DNA of 63,616 bases, the filler included, from Octopus bimaculoides (taxonomy: Eukaryota): assembly GCF_001194135.2 (NCBI RefSeq). It is 4 parts of 4 records of this genome, joined end to end, with 100 filler letters (N's around TTAATTAATTAA, not from the genome) between each part and the next. Parts side by side here need not be neighbours in the genome. Positions count along the whole stretch, not along the records: positions 1 to 22,087 come from NC_069000.1; 3 more parts are not named here. One strand, 5' to 3'. The first letter of the stretch is position 1. Each line of letters starts with the position of its first letter. Of this stretch, positions 1 to 12,635 are shown piece by piece. The translations under genes were made by a program, and so were the position numbers. Below the pieces are notes generated by a model. The model worked only from the letters and a program-made list of their open reading frames with translations. It was not told the origin of the DNA and made no database searches.

Positions 1-33
1 AGTAACAATTCTGCCAGCTCGCCGCCTTAATAA

Positions 34-460
34 TCATCATCATCATCATCATCATCGTTTAACGTCCGCTTTCCATGCTAGCATGGGTTGGACGATTTGA
101 CTGAGGACTGGTGAACCGGGTGGCTGCACCAGGCTCCAATATGATCTGGCAGAGTTTCTACAGCTGGATGCCCTTCCTAACGCCAACCACTCCGAGAGTG
201 TAGTGGGTGCTTTTACATGCCACCGGCACGAGCACCAGTCACGCGATACTGGAAACGGCCACACTCAACATGGTGTTTTTTATGTGCCACCTGCACAGGA
301 GTCAGTCCAGCGGCACTGGCAATGAGTTCGCTCGAATGATTTTCTAACATGCCACTGGCACAAGTGCCAGTGGGCGACACTGGTAATGATCACACTCAAG
401 TGGTGCTATTTAGCACGGAAGCCAGACAGCTGCTCTGGCAATGATCACGCTCGGACAGTG
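34..460 (-). mobile_element. 3' tail of RTE-type LINE with (ATC)n/(GAT)n end
   Basis: (ATC)n-GTTTAACGTCCGCTTTCCATGC...GGATGCCCTTCC. The same sequence follows the RTE RT C-terminus at 15279-15926. Other copies lie near 1780-2035(+), 2281-2560(-), 4585-4885(+), 9000-9300(-), 17080-17200(+) and 22190-22345(+). Confidence 0.75.
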
Positions 461-1225
461 CTGTTCGATTTCGATTTCACTTGCCCCAACAAGTCATCAC
501 AAGTAGAGTTTAGTGTCCAATGAAGGAGAGGTTGGCATGGGTGCCAGTTGTTGAATTTGGTTCGACTTCGATTTCAATTCACTCGCCTCAACAGGTCTTC
601 GCAAGCAGAGTTTAGTGTCCAATGAAGTAAAGATATGAATAAGTGAGCTGGCTACACTTCTGGCAGAGGCCACAGATTATGCTCTAACTTGGCTTGCTGG
701 GTCTTCTCACATACTGCATATTTCCAAAGGTCCTGGTCACTAGTCATTGCCTTGGTGAGGCCTAAAGTTCGAAGGTCGTGCTTTACCACCTTATCCTAGG
801 TTCTTTCTACTATAGGCACAAGGTCTTGAATTATGGGTGTGGGGACTAGTCAATTACATCCACCCCAATGTTTCACTGGTACTTAATTTATCGACCCCAA
901 AAAGATGAAAGGCAAAGTTGACCATGGCAGAATTTGAACTCAGAACATAAAGACAGATACAATATGGCTAAGTGACAGTTGCTACTAATAGGACCCTGTG
1001 GAAGTGGTGCCAGAGCACTCTACTCGAACAACCTTCTCAGGAATAGTGGATGGGAAAAATGGATGGCTGGATGGATATCCATCATGTTAAGGATGCTTTA
1101 GGGTGCAAACACCAAGGACTTACTCAAGTCCTTGCTCTTTAACTCTCACCATTGTCAGCGAATTCTCTGGGAGTCCATGTTGCCTTGTTTACTGCACTAA
1201 TGTCAGCATAATCTTGTATTTTCAG

Positions 1226-1377
1226 ATATTCACATTTGGAGGATTCTATAATTCCAGCCTGGAGTGGGTCGGACTTGAAAGTGTTCAGATCGTGGCCAGC
1301 ATGAACGCTGGAAGCTCACTTGGTCGGCATAAATTGTCAACTCGGTTTACATCTATTGTCAGGATATGTTCAATAAG
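1226..1377 (+). CDS. DYNC2H1: Dynein-2 heavy chain internal exon (end of AAA3 region): IFTFGGFYNSSLEWVGLESVQIVASMNAGSSLGRHKLSTRFTSIVRICSI
   Basis: TTTTCAG acceptor (AG 1224-1225) and AAG|GTAACT donor. Peptide matches recalled DYNC2H1 (GFYDENLEWVGLENIQIVASM..GRHKLTTRFTSIVRLCSI). Phase 0 start, phase 2 end. Confidence 0.95.
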
Positions 1378-2733
1378 GTAACTTTCATCTATCTCTCTTT
1401 CACTCTTTTGCTCTCTCTCTCTCTCTCTCTCTCTTCCCCGTCACATACATATATGTGTCCATGTGTGGATGTGTGTGTGAAGATGCAGGGCTCCATGATT
1501 TCAAGCATCAGCATTACAATCCTAGACTGGGTTGTATGTTGTGTTCTTGAGCAAGACATTTTATTTCCTGTTGCTCCAGTTCAGTCAGTTGTAAATGAGT
1601 TGCAATGTCACTGGTGCCAAGCTATATTGGCCTTTGCCTTTCCCCTGGACAACATTGGTGGCATAGAGAAGTAGTCTGGTGTGTAAGGGTGACTGCTGGT
1701 CTTCCACAAACAAACTTGCTCAGACTTGTGCCTCAGAAGGGAACTTTCTAGGTGCAATCCCATGGTCATCCATGACCCTGCCAGTGCTGGTGCCACATAA
1801 GAAGCAATCCAGTCCACACTGTAAAGTGGCTGACATTTGGAAGGGCATCTAGCTGTAAAAATCATGCCAAAACTGCCCTCGCCTGTGCTGGTGCTGCATA
1901 GAAAGCACTGAGTCTGCTCTGCAGAGTGGTTGGTGTTAGGAAGGGCAAAACAGACACAGTAGCCTAGGGTAGTTTTCTACTTGGCCAGCTCCTGGGAACC
2001 GTCCTACTCATGCATGTATGGAAGATGGATGTTATGTGATGATGATGATGATGATGATATTATATATATATGTATATATATATATATATGTATATGTATA
2101 TGATGATGATGCTGATATACATATATAGATAGATAGATATATGATGATATGAATTTGATTAGAGGATGTGTAAACCGCATGAAGAGATAGTTTCATCCAA
2201 GGAAATACTAGTTTAATACCTAATATTTTTGCGGAATGAATTTCCTTAAAATAATAGGTATATGTAAAAATATGGTTTATCATCATCATCATCATCATCG
2301 TTTAACGTCCACTTTCCATGCTAGCATGGGTTGGACGATTTGACTGAGGACTGGTGAAACCAGATGGCTACACCAGGCTCCAATCTGATTTGGCAGTGTT
2401 TCTACAGCTGGATGCCCTTCCTAAAAGCCAACCACTCAGAGAGTGTAGTGGGTGCTTTTACTTGTCACCCGCACGAAGGCCAGTCAGGCGGTACTGGCAA
2501 AGGCCACGCTCATCTCGCTCAAGAAACCTCATGTGTCACCCGCACAAGAGCCAGCCCAAGAAAAGAAAATGGAGATTAGGAAGTTAATGATTGTTTATTA
2601 TTAACAGCAAATTAGTTATCTTCACTTACAGCCGTTTCTATTAATACTCAATAAACATTAAATTTACATTTATGTGACATGAGCACAATATCATCTGAGG
2701 AAAAAAAGATGTACATTTGGATGCTATATGTGT

Positions 2734-2950
2734 TATTTCTTTACTACCCACAAGGGGCTACACACAGAGGGGACAAACAAGGACAGACAAACTGATTAAA
2801 TCGATTATATCGACCCCAGTGTGTAACTGGTACTTATTTAATCGACCCCGAAAGGATGAAAGGCAAAGTCGACCTCGGCGGAATTTGAACTCAGAACGTA
2901 GCGGGCAGACGAAATACCACTAAGCATTTCGCCCGGTGTGCTAATGGTTC
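2734..2950 (-). mobile_element. tRNA-related SINE, family A (GTCGACTTTGCCTTTCATCCTTTCGGGGTCGAT core, MetaSINE-like)
   Basis: Flanked by a decayed direct repeat, TGGATGCTATATGTGT (2718-2733) and TGGATGTTATGTGTGT (2951-2966). Relatives lie near 790-965, 17735-17890, 26040-26225, 36040-36130, 42970-43130, 46450-46610, 53190-53370 and 60405-60625. The superfamily assignment is from memory. Confidence 0.75.
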
Positions 2951-4038
2951 TGGATGTTATGTGTGTGCTTATGAATTCATTTTAGTAGTCTGCTAAAAGA
3001 AATAATTATTAACTTCTTAATCTCCATTTTCTTTTATTCTTTATATGGTGATTTATATATATATACACATATATTTAAAAATTATCGAATGACAAAAGAA
3101 CACAAGTTACACAGTCACCTTCATTAGCATACAGCTGTTTCTGCTCTAAGAAGCAGAGCACTCAGAGCTAAGTGTTTGAGCAACATCCTACAACTTCCTC
3201 AGAGCATTATATAATTGTTTGTTGATAAGCAGAACTATTTCATACAGTTAACTCGCCAGTGAGTTATCTCAGAATCACTAATGAATACAATTGGTTACAA
3301 ATTCACAGCAAAAAACCTTTAGTTATAATAAACCAATCCTCTCTACCTACATAACGATGATCATCATCATTTGATGTCTGTTTTCCATGCTGGGATGGGT
3401 TAGCTCATTCTGCACACTTTTAATATACATGGCATTGAAAATCTTACATTTCTGTGCCAAAACACGACCAAAAGAAATTGTGTGTGTGTGGTACGGAGCC
3501 CATTCATTGGTATTCCTTATTTTATCGTTGCACTTCTGGTATCAAAAAAAGTTCCGAGCAGTTTTATGTTTTTGTTTGATGAGACAAGCAAAACTATTAT
3601 ATGAATACATACACATATATTTATGTACATACTAGCTGACGTACCCAGTAATTCCCAGGAATGCAGGGCTTGTCCCCTGGCTCTGTTCTCATTATTGTTT
3701 CTCTAATCCAATAGCAATAACACAAAGTATGTATCCCTTAAAACGGTTTTTTGTACATTTACAGAGAATACCGAACCGTCTTTCATAGGATCTTGTTTTT
3801 AGGATTTGCCAATAAGTTATGAATACCAAAATCGTGAAGTCAGTTACATAATAACATGCAACTTAGTTACCTGATAGTAACAATTGAAATAAAGTAGTCT
3901 ATGATGTCAGGAAAAGAGACCAATAGAATAAGTACTAGGCTTACAAAGAGTAAGTTCTGGGGTCAATTTACTCGTCTACAGGCAGTGCTCCAGCATGGCT
4001 GCAGTCAAATGACTGAAACAAGTAAAAGAGTATATATG

Positions 4039-4079
<41 letters not shown>

Positions 4080-4205
4080 CATATATCTAAATTTTAAACT
4101 AAAGCAATTATTGTAAAGCAAGTTTAAGAATAGTGTCAGCATAGTTATTCATGGCATGTCTCTAAACTGAGAGAGCGGAACTGAAAGCCCAGCTAGAACT
4201 TCATG

Positions 4206-4253
<48 letters not shown>

Positions 4254-4391
4254 CAAAGTCCATATTTTACTTCTACTAACATAGTAGCATCATTGACTAC
4301 CAGTGTAAACTCAATGTTTTTTTAAAGTTTTTGCTCTCCCTAAGTATGCCATGTTGAGATTATTAATCACATTTGTATCACTTTTCCCTAG

Positions 4392-4536
4392 TTATCCAGA
4401 CCACGAACAACTGAAATCTGTTTACATGGCATATCTGAGTTCAATATTACACCAAAGATTACCAAGTCATCCGATCTGGAGTAATCCAAGTAAGATCTAT
4501 TCCCTGGCTGGATCCATGGTCCAACTTTACGAACGA
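4392..4536 (+). CDS. DYNC2H1: Dynein-2 heavy chain exon: (S)YPDHEQLKSVYMAYLSSILHQRLPSHPIWSNPSKIYSLAGSMVQLYER
   Basis: TTTTCCCTAG acceptor and CGA|GTAGGT donor. AG+T completes Ser from the previous exon. Matches recalled YPEREQLQTIYGAYL..IWGSSSKIYLLAGSMVQVYEQ. Confidence 0.95.
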
Positions 4537-5440
4537 GTAGGTTTGCTTTTGTTTTTGTTTTGGAGGTTAGGGTTGGGGTAAAAGCACCATTTAAGCATTG
4601 GGCCTCATGGAGGCAGTGATAGCTGACCGAGACCTTTGGCAGTATACTGTGCTTGTGTAGACATGCCAAGTCAAGTGAGACCATGGTCGTGGCCGATGCT
4701 AGTGGCACGTAAAAAACACCAACTACACTCTTGGAGTGGTTGACGTTAGGAAGGGCATCCAGCCACAGCAACCTTGCCATATCAGATCAGAGCCTGGTGC
4801 AGCTCCCCGGCTTACCAGTTTTCAGTTGAACCGTCCAACCCATGCCAGCATGGAAAATGGATGTTAAATGATGATGATGATGATGCTTTAGCATTGGAGG
4901 CAAAGGTATAGCTGTGTAGTAAGTTTGCTTCCCAACGACATGGCTTCTGGTTCAGTCCCATTACTTGGTACCATGAGCAAGCAGCTTCTATTATAACTCC
5001 AGATTGGCCAAAAGCCTTGTGAGTGGATTTGGTAGGCAGAAACTGAAAGAAGCCTTTCATGTGTGTGCGTGTCTATATGTATATGTGTGTATACAAACAC
5101 ACACACACACACACAGTTTCTAACTAGGTACTTTGCTTGTTATATATACATACATGCATATGCTGAACTACTGAACTCTACATGTTTTTTTTTCATTCAC
5201 TCTCTGTTTATTTCCTCTTATTCCTTCCTGTTGAAGAGGAAACGTAAAAGACTTTTTCATTTTCCTCAAATGTCAAACTAATGCACTTGCTTGTTGTTCA
5301 TACACTTATCTTTGTCTTTTGTTTTTCTATAAATTTCAACCATATATATATATATATATATATTTGAAAAAGGAGAAGAATGACTTCACTGGTAGTTGTC
5401 AAGCGGTGTTGGGGGGACAAACACAGACGCACAAACATAT

Positions 5441-5481
<41 letters not shown>

Positions 5482-8398
5482 CGACAGGCTTCTTTCAGTT
5501 TCCGTCTACAAAATCCACTCACAAGGCTTTGGTCAGCCCAATATTATAATAGAAGACACCTGCCCAAGGTGCCACACAGTTGAACTGAACCTGGAACCAT
5601 GTGGTTAGGAAGCAAGCTTTGTACAACACAGCCACTCCTGGGCCTATTTTCTTCCCTACATANNNNNNNNNNNNNNNNNNNNNNNNNNNNNNNNNNNNNN
5701 NNNNNNNNNNNNNNNNNNNNNNNNNNNNNNNNNNNNNNNNNNNNNNNNNNNNNNNNNNNNNNNNNNNNNNNNNNNNNNNNNNNNNNNNNNNNNNNNNNNN
5801 NNNNNNNNNNNNNNNNNNNNNNNNNNNNNNNNNNNNNNNNNNNNNNNNNNNNNNNNNNNNNNNNNNNNNNNNNNNNNNNNNNNNNNNNNNNNNNNNNNNN
5901 NNNNNNNNNNNNNNNNNNNNNNNNNNNNNNNNNNNNNNNNNNNNNNNNNNNNNNNNNNNNNNNNNNNNNNNNNNNNNNNNNNNNNNNNNNNNNNNNNNNN
6001 NNNNNNNNNNNNNNNNNNNNNNNNNNNNNNNNNNNNNNNNNNNNNNNNNNNNNNNNNNNNNNNNNNNNNNNNNNNNNNNNNNNNNNNNNNNNNNNNNNNN
6101 NNNNNNNNNNNNNNNNNNNNNNNNNNNNNNNNNNNNNNNNNNNNNNNNNNNNNNNNNNNNNNNNNNNNNNNNNNNNNNNNNNNNNNNNNNNNNNNNNNNN
6201 NNNNNNNNNNNNNNNNNNNNNNNNNNNNNNNNNNNNNNNNNNNNNNNNNNNNNNNNNNNNNNNNNNNNNNNNNNNNNNNNNNNNNNNNNNNNNNNNNNNN
6301 NNNNNNNNNNNNNNNNNNNNNNNNNNNNNNNNNNNNNNNNNNNNNNNNNNNNNNNNNNNNNNNNNNNNNNNNNNNNNNNNNNNNNNNNNNNNNNNNNNNN
6401 NNNNNNNNNNNNNNNNNNNNNNNNNNNNNNNNNNNNNNNNNNNNNNNNNNNNNNNNNNNNNNNNNNNNNNNNNNNNNNNNNNNNNNNNNNNNNNNNNNNN
6501 NNNNNNNNNNNNNNNNNNNNNNNNNNNNNNGGAATCTTCCTTTTTCATGCACACACACACACACACACACACACACAACATATGCTGAGACACACACAAA
6601 GCATAAACATAGATACATACATACACATGCACAACTGACAAACACACACACACACACACACAAACACACAGCATGCATACATATGCAGCTGCAAATATAC
6701 ACACACACACACACACACATACACCACATGCACATCACACACATGCACATATACTAATGCAAGCATCAACACACACACGCACATACACTAATACAAAAAC
6801 ATCCACATGATCACACAGAATACAAACTCATGCAGCCCATGCATGCGTGCTTGCACATACATGTACATACACAGACGTACTTATATACATACACAAATAC
6901 ATATGTGCACACACACACATACACTACACAAACACACACACATACACAACACACATATACACACACTCACACACATGCACACTGACATCCACTAAAACAC
7001 CAAGGATTAATAATGCAGCTCTTCCATCCATCTGAGGATTTTACAATATTAAGTTCTTCTAACTCTGTAAAAATCCCAGATATTTTTAGGTGGGAGAGAA
7101 GAACAGGAAGCTGTAATGTTCATGTCTTTCCTACAAGCATTAAGAGCATAAATGAAGTGGAATCTTGGAGCTGGAATCACCGCTTGGGTTCAGCTTTCTC
7201 CATAGGCAAATGGAACTCATTGATTTTTTTTTTAGAATTTCGAGCTCACCCCTTCCCCTTCCACCGTCGGTCCTCCACACCCACCCAACTCCATCCATTA
7301 TAAAATGCAATAATGGATCCTGTGACAGTTTTGACGATGACTGTTCCAGATCCGTGATCAGTGAAACTGCTTACATCATGTGAGACACGTGCACATGCAC
7401 CTATACACTCGCACACAATCGCACATGTACAACCCCCACACACACGCACGTACACCCGCATTTAAGGCGTGGGTATGGTTGAGTGGTAAGAAACTTACTT
7501 CATAACCACATGGTCTCAGGTTCAGTCTGATTGCATGGTGTTTTGGGCAAACGTCTTCTAATACTGTTTCATGCCAACCAAAACCTTGTGAGTGGATTTG
7601 GTAGACGGAAACTGAAAGAAGCTTGTCATATATATATATATATATATATATACATACACACTCTGTTACTTGTCTCAGTCATTAGACTGTGGCCATACTG
7701 GAGCACTGCCTTAAATGGTTTTAGTTGAAGAAATCAACTCCAAGACCTATTCTTTGTAAGCCTTGTACTTTTTCTATTGGTCTCTTTTTGCTGCACCACG
7801 AAATTACAGAGATGTAAACACACCAACATCAGTTGTCAGGCGATTGTTGGGGGGACAAACATTGACACAAACAGACACATAGATTCTTGCCTGCGATAGA
7901 AAAAAGAACTGCAGAATCTCTAACAAAGCCCCTTTTCTTTATACTTTCTTCTTTTCCCTTTTTTTCTCTCTCTAAACTCAGTATGACCAAACTTTTGGCG
8001 ATCCACATTTTGTATATTCTTCACCAGTCATTTCTAACATTATTGAATTTTGTGAACATTTAATCATTTAAACATGATGATCCACATTTTTTATATTCTT
8101 CACCAATCATTTTTGATATTATTGAATTTTGTGAACATTTAAACAGGTTTTCTACTTTGCAAATTAATTTTTTTTAAATGCCATACGTTTATACCATTCA
8201 TAAGCAAAAAGTTGTTGAAACTAGTTTGGTATGTATGTAAATAAATTTATTTAAAAACAGTTACAAGTTTTTCAAATTCAGGTGCATTTTCAACAACAAA
8301 TTCTCCTATACAGTTCTATATTTAAGGGATGAGGAATTCTGTACATTATTTACACTATTTACATTCGACGGATATTTGTCCTCATCTTGTTTGTTGTT

Positions 8399-8444
8399 AA
8401 CACAACGTTTTGGCTGATATACCCTCCAGCCTTCTTCAGGTGTC
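8399..8444 (-). ncRNA. Minimal type I hammerhead ribozyme motif with core mutation (G12 to A) inside a ~180-nt dispersed repeat
   Basis: Minus strand reads GACAC CTGAAGA A GGCTG gagggtatat CAGCC AAAAC GTT GTGTT. It is near-identical to the intact copy at 30671-30716 but has GAAAC changed to AAAAC. Confidence 0.65.
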
Positions 8445-8765
8445 TTGGGGAAATTTCGAACCTGGGTTCTCATTTCTAAGGTATTTTTTGATGTTGTTAT
8501 TATTATTATTATTGTTCAGGTCACTGCTTGGAACACATATGGGTTAGATGGTTTCACCANNNNNNNNNNNNNNNNNNNNNNNNNNNNNNNNNNNNNNNNN
8601 NNNNNNNNNNNNNNNNNNNNNNNNNNNNNNNNNNNNNNNNNNNNNNNNNNNNNNNNNNNNNNNNNNNNNNNNNNNNNNNNNNNNNNNNNNNNNNNNNNNN
8701 NNNNNNNNNNNNNNNNNNNNNNNNNNNNNNNNNNNNNNNNNNNNNNNNNNNNNNNNNNNNNNNNN

Positions 8766-8825
8766 CATGCTTCGAGGGACTAAATAAGTAAAAAAACTAT
8801 GACTTATTTAGTCCCTCGAAGCATG
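8766..8825. repeat. Perfect 24-bp inverted repeat with 12-nt loop at a contig edge
   Basis: CATGCTTCGAGGGACTAAATAAGT (8766-8789) is the reverse complement of 8802-8825. Confidence 0.9.
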
Positions 8826-10319
8826 AGGCATTACTACACAGTTAATGCCCTTTATATAAATTATATATATTTATGGAAAAAAAATGAATTTTTTTTCATT
8901 ATGAGGTTTTTTTCACGCTGACTACTTGATAAATTCTTATAAAGATTTTATCCTATATTATATTATATATATATATGTATATATATATAATCTCTTCAGG
9001 CATCAGCATTATCATTACTTAATGTCCATTTTCCATGTTCATATAGGTACGACAGTTTTTTTTACCAGTGCTGGGAAGCTGGAAAGCTGTACCACGTTCC
9101 AGCCTGTTTTGGCTGGGTCTCTACAACTGGATGCCCTTCCTAACGTTAACCACTTTACAGAGCATGTTGGGTGCCTTTCACATGGATCAGCATGGAGGCA
9201 ACATGTTTACATGTTTCCCCACAAGTCATAGAGAACAAGACTCCTCCATTGCACGCTATGTGGGCAGCCACTGCATTGATCTGCCTTTATGTCTGTCTAA
9301 GTAGATTAATATGTTCATGACTTATGAAGGAGCTACTGGCGTACTTTATACAGCTCCCTTTATACAGCTCCCTTTATACTCTTTTTCTTGTTATGTCAAC
9401 AACAACTCCAGTGTGTTTCACCTTTGGACTTGGGTAAGGTCTTGCATGATGGTAAGAGATGAGTCTCTAGTAAGCTGAGTCCTTGAACCAGGTTTCAGTT
9501 TGTGGTAGAAATTATGTTACTTCATTTACGTTTTTGAATGCCATTGGAAACGCATGGACATCTCAACTTCAGTTTTCTCTAAAAGAAGAAATAACGTGGC
9601 TGTGTGGTTAGAAGCTTGTTTCCCAACTAAATGGTTCCAGGTTCAGTCCCACTGTGTGGCACCTTGGGCAAGTGTCTTCTACTTGTGAGTGGATTTGAGT
9701 GATGAAAAAAAAAATTGAAATAAGTCCGTTGTATATATGTATATGTATATATATTTATGTGTGTGTATCTTTGTGTCTGTGTTTGTCCCCCCCCCACACA
9801 CACACACACACTTGACAACTTAGCAATTCAGCAAAAGGGACCAGTAGAATAAGTACTAGTTTACAAATAATAAGTCCTTGTGTCAAATTGTTTGACTAAA
9901 ATCCTGCATGGCCGCAGTCAAATGACTGAAACAAGTAAAAGAAAAACATAATATCAGCCTTATATGTGTAGTTGAAAGAAAATTGTATTCTAAATCCTCT
10001 GATACACACAATGTATCAATTCTGTATGACGTGTGCGAGTATCTCTGTGTTTGAATATATGAGCATGTGTTTGTGTGTGAGAGAAGAAGAGAGGAAAACA
10101 GAGAGACAGATAGAAAGAACATGTAAGAGAGAAGATGAGAGCAGCTGAGAGACACAGTAAGAGTTAGTGAAAGAGAGAAAATGAGTTACTAAGAGAGTGA
10201 AAATCAATAAATTCTCTAAAAGAATTTAGATTAAATGAAATAAAACATTTGTTGTAAAATAAACAAATTAAATTTGAAATTTGAAATTTCTCTTTCCAAT
10301 GCCATTTTGTGATGTTTAG

Positions 10320-10590
10320 CTTCAGGCGCAGTTCAGTGTGGATGATTATAGTCACTACCTCTTCACACCATGTGACCTCACCCAGTGGATTCTGAATCTT
10401 CTGCGCTATGACCTCAATGATACGGCTAGCAGCAACTCTAGCGAACACATTTTGGAAATCTGGGCTTATGAAGCGAGTCGCTTGTTCCGAGACCGGATTG
10501 TTGGTCCTGAGAGCCGCAGCAGGTTTGACCAGATCCTCATGTCCATTATACAAGCTGATTGGTCTGCTGATGTGTTGGATAAATTACAAT
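10320..10590 (+). CDS. DYNC2H1: Dynein-2 heavy chain exon: LQAQFSVDDYSHYLFTPCDLTQWILNLLRYDL...WAYEASRLFRDRIVG...DVLDKLQ
   Basis: TTTAG acceptor (10318-10319) and CAAT|GTAAAT donor (phase 1). Contains the dynein AAA lid motif YEAxRLFRDRIV and matches recalled VRAKFTVDDYSHYFFTP. Confidence 0.95.
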
Positions 10591-11774
10591 GTAAATATAT
10601 TTCACTTTTCCTTTTCTATTGTCCTTCATGTTTAGCTGTTGTTTTGCACCAAGTTAGTCCTGAGCAAGCAAACCTATTTGTTAGTCAAGTGTTTCAGCTG
10701 TGATCATTTTATCTTTCTGTATATCAGGGACTACAGTGTGCAAGTTAGGATAGAATTTGAGTGAGATTTGGCTGCTATTTTTAACAAGGCAAGCAACTTA
10801 GAATCTCTCTCAGTAACCTGTTTCTTTTCTCTTTTTTTTTTCTTTTTTTCACAAGCAGATATCAAAGATTATTGTTATTTTGTTTTGATTTTTTAGTAAT
10901 TTCATTTGGACAACTTCACTGAATCAGTGATGTATAAGAATGAATGGCAAATACTTATGGTGGGGTCAGTGGTGATGGTCACAATCCCAACAATAGTGAT
11001 AATAATAACCATAACAATAATCTTGATAGTAATTATTCTCTAATTTGGCCCGAGGGTCTCAATGTCTAACTACAATTTATTTCTAGTGAGCTCTTTTCAG
11101 GGATGAAAAGTCAAGTTACTTCCAGCAGAGTTTTATCTATAAACATAACAGTATGTAACTAAATAATAGCTCAGACTATCTAATGTGACTCTTTACCATT
11201 TTTTTATATTCACTACCAACAATCTAGAGAATAATGGTGATAATAATATTGTTGTAGATGATGATGATGATAAAAAAGACAAAATCAATATAGATACTTT
11301 AATAGTAAATAGGTCATCATCATCATTTAATATTTATTTTCCGTTCTGGCATGGGTGGGATGGTTTGATCAGAGCTGGCAAGCCGGAAAACTTTGATTTG
11401 GCTTGCGGCACCGGCACAAGGTTCTTACAGGGCAGTCATTCTGGGGATGTGACATTAACACTCCTCCTACTGTGAAGGACAGGTCTACTTGATAGTAAAG
11501 ATTGTTTGCCAACATAACATGGCAGTCCTGGTTTAGGACTAATGTTGCTGTAATTTAGCCCCAGGAGACATCGTCTCCAGCTGGCTATACAACACAATCT
11601 GTGTCCTTATATTTTCGAACAAGGGAACCTAGCACCCCCACTCAGCTCAAAACAATATCTACTTGAGTCAATAAGCAAAACATATTTTTACAGTGAATAA
11701 CCAGGCATCAGAAGACAGAAGGTAGGTGTGAAAACCAAACCCATTCTCTTCAGTTTGGTATTTGTGCCTAACCT

Positions 11775-12190
11775 TACCTATTGTCATGAATCTTGAGTAA
11801 TGAATGAAAGAATATGATCACAAAAACAAGCAGCTGTGATGGGGTTTCCCCAAAGGGTCTTTAAAGTAATGTTACTCAATAGAGTGTGTAGCTTAGAAAT
11901 CAGAGAAATACTCCAGGTAGAGCAAATACTTCTCTGAATTGAGAGATCACAGCTCTGACACTATGGACATGTGATGAAAATGTCTTGAGAAAGAATGGCT
12001 TGACAGGTTTTATGGGTGAAACCAGCCAGCAGTAGACCCAATGGTAGACCACAAACAAGATGGTCGGATAATATCCATGAGCTCGGCTGGACTTGCTTGG
12101 AGATCCAGTCATATGAATTGGAGATGACAGGACTCAATGGAAGGCATTCTTGAAGACTCTTTCCTCTTGACTTTCCCTGGAATAACTGAA
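11775..12190 (+). mobile_element. Degenerate RTE-clade LINE RT C-terminal fragment
   Basis: Translates as HES*VMNERI*SQKQAAVMGF..LEIREILQVEQILL*IERSQL*HYGHVMKM..RPNGRPQTRWSD. This matches the RTE-type AAEMRF / QLRWFGH / GRPxxRW motifs. Confidence 0.8.
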
Positions 12191-12635
12191 CAAAGAAGAT
12201 GAGATGAGATATGATAAAATATTTTTACAGTGAATAGGTTAATAAATAGAATATTTAGCACTGAATAAAATATGATTCTATACTTGAACAGATCAATAAA
12301 TAAAATATTTTAATTATGAATAGGTCCATAAATAGAATGTTTAAACTCATTTCACACCAATCCAACTGAGACCACCTCTAATTCTATAACACAAACTTTA
12401 TGCTTTAAAGTGAGCTAATTAAAAATCTTTCATCAAAGTTTCATATTAATTTATGCCCTAAACTCCAGCTGAATAAAGACAAAGTTACTTTACTATGTTC
12501 TTAAGTACTTTCAAAATTAATTGAAACAGTGAGTAATATGCAATAAAATATGAAACAGAGAATAGGACAAGCTAAAATACTTATCTGTGAATAGGACAAT
12601 ATGGGACAATATATATTTTGACAGTGAATAAAGAC

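Noticed and set aside
5544-6750. Long ORFs spanning N runs (also at 15.9, 20.2, 26.9, 35.6, 38.6, 49.2, 57.7 and 59.5 kb)
   Set aside because: They are open only because N codons translate as X.
7000-7390. Non-repetitive intronic island with weakly protein-like frames
   Set aside because: No frame gives a recognisable motif or consistent splice sites, and it does not match the expected DYNC2H1 sequence.
7998-8142. ~75-bp tandem duplication (also a 15-bp tandem at ~9343-9378)
   Set aside because: It is an ordinary two-copy local duplication with no spacer structure, so not CRISPR-like.
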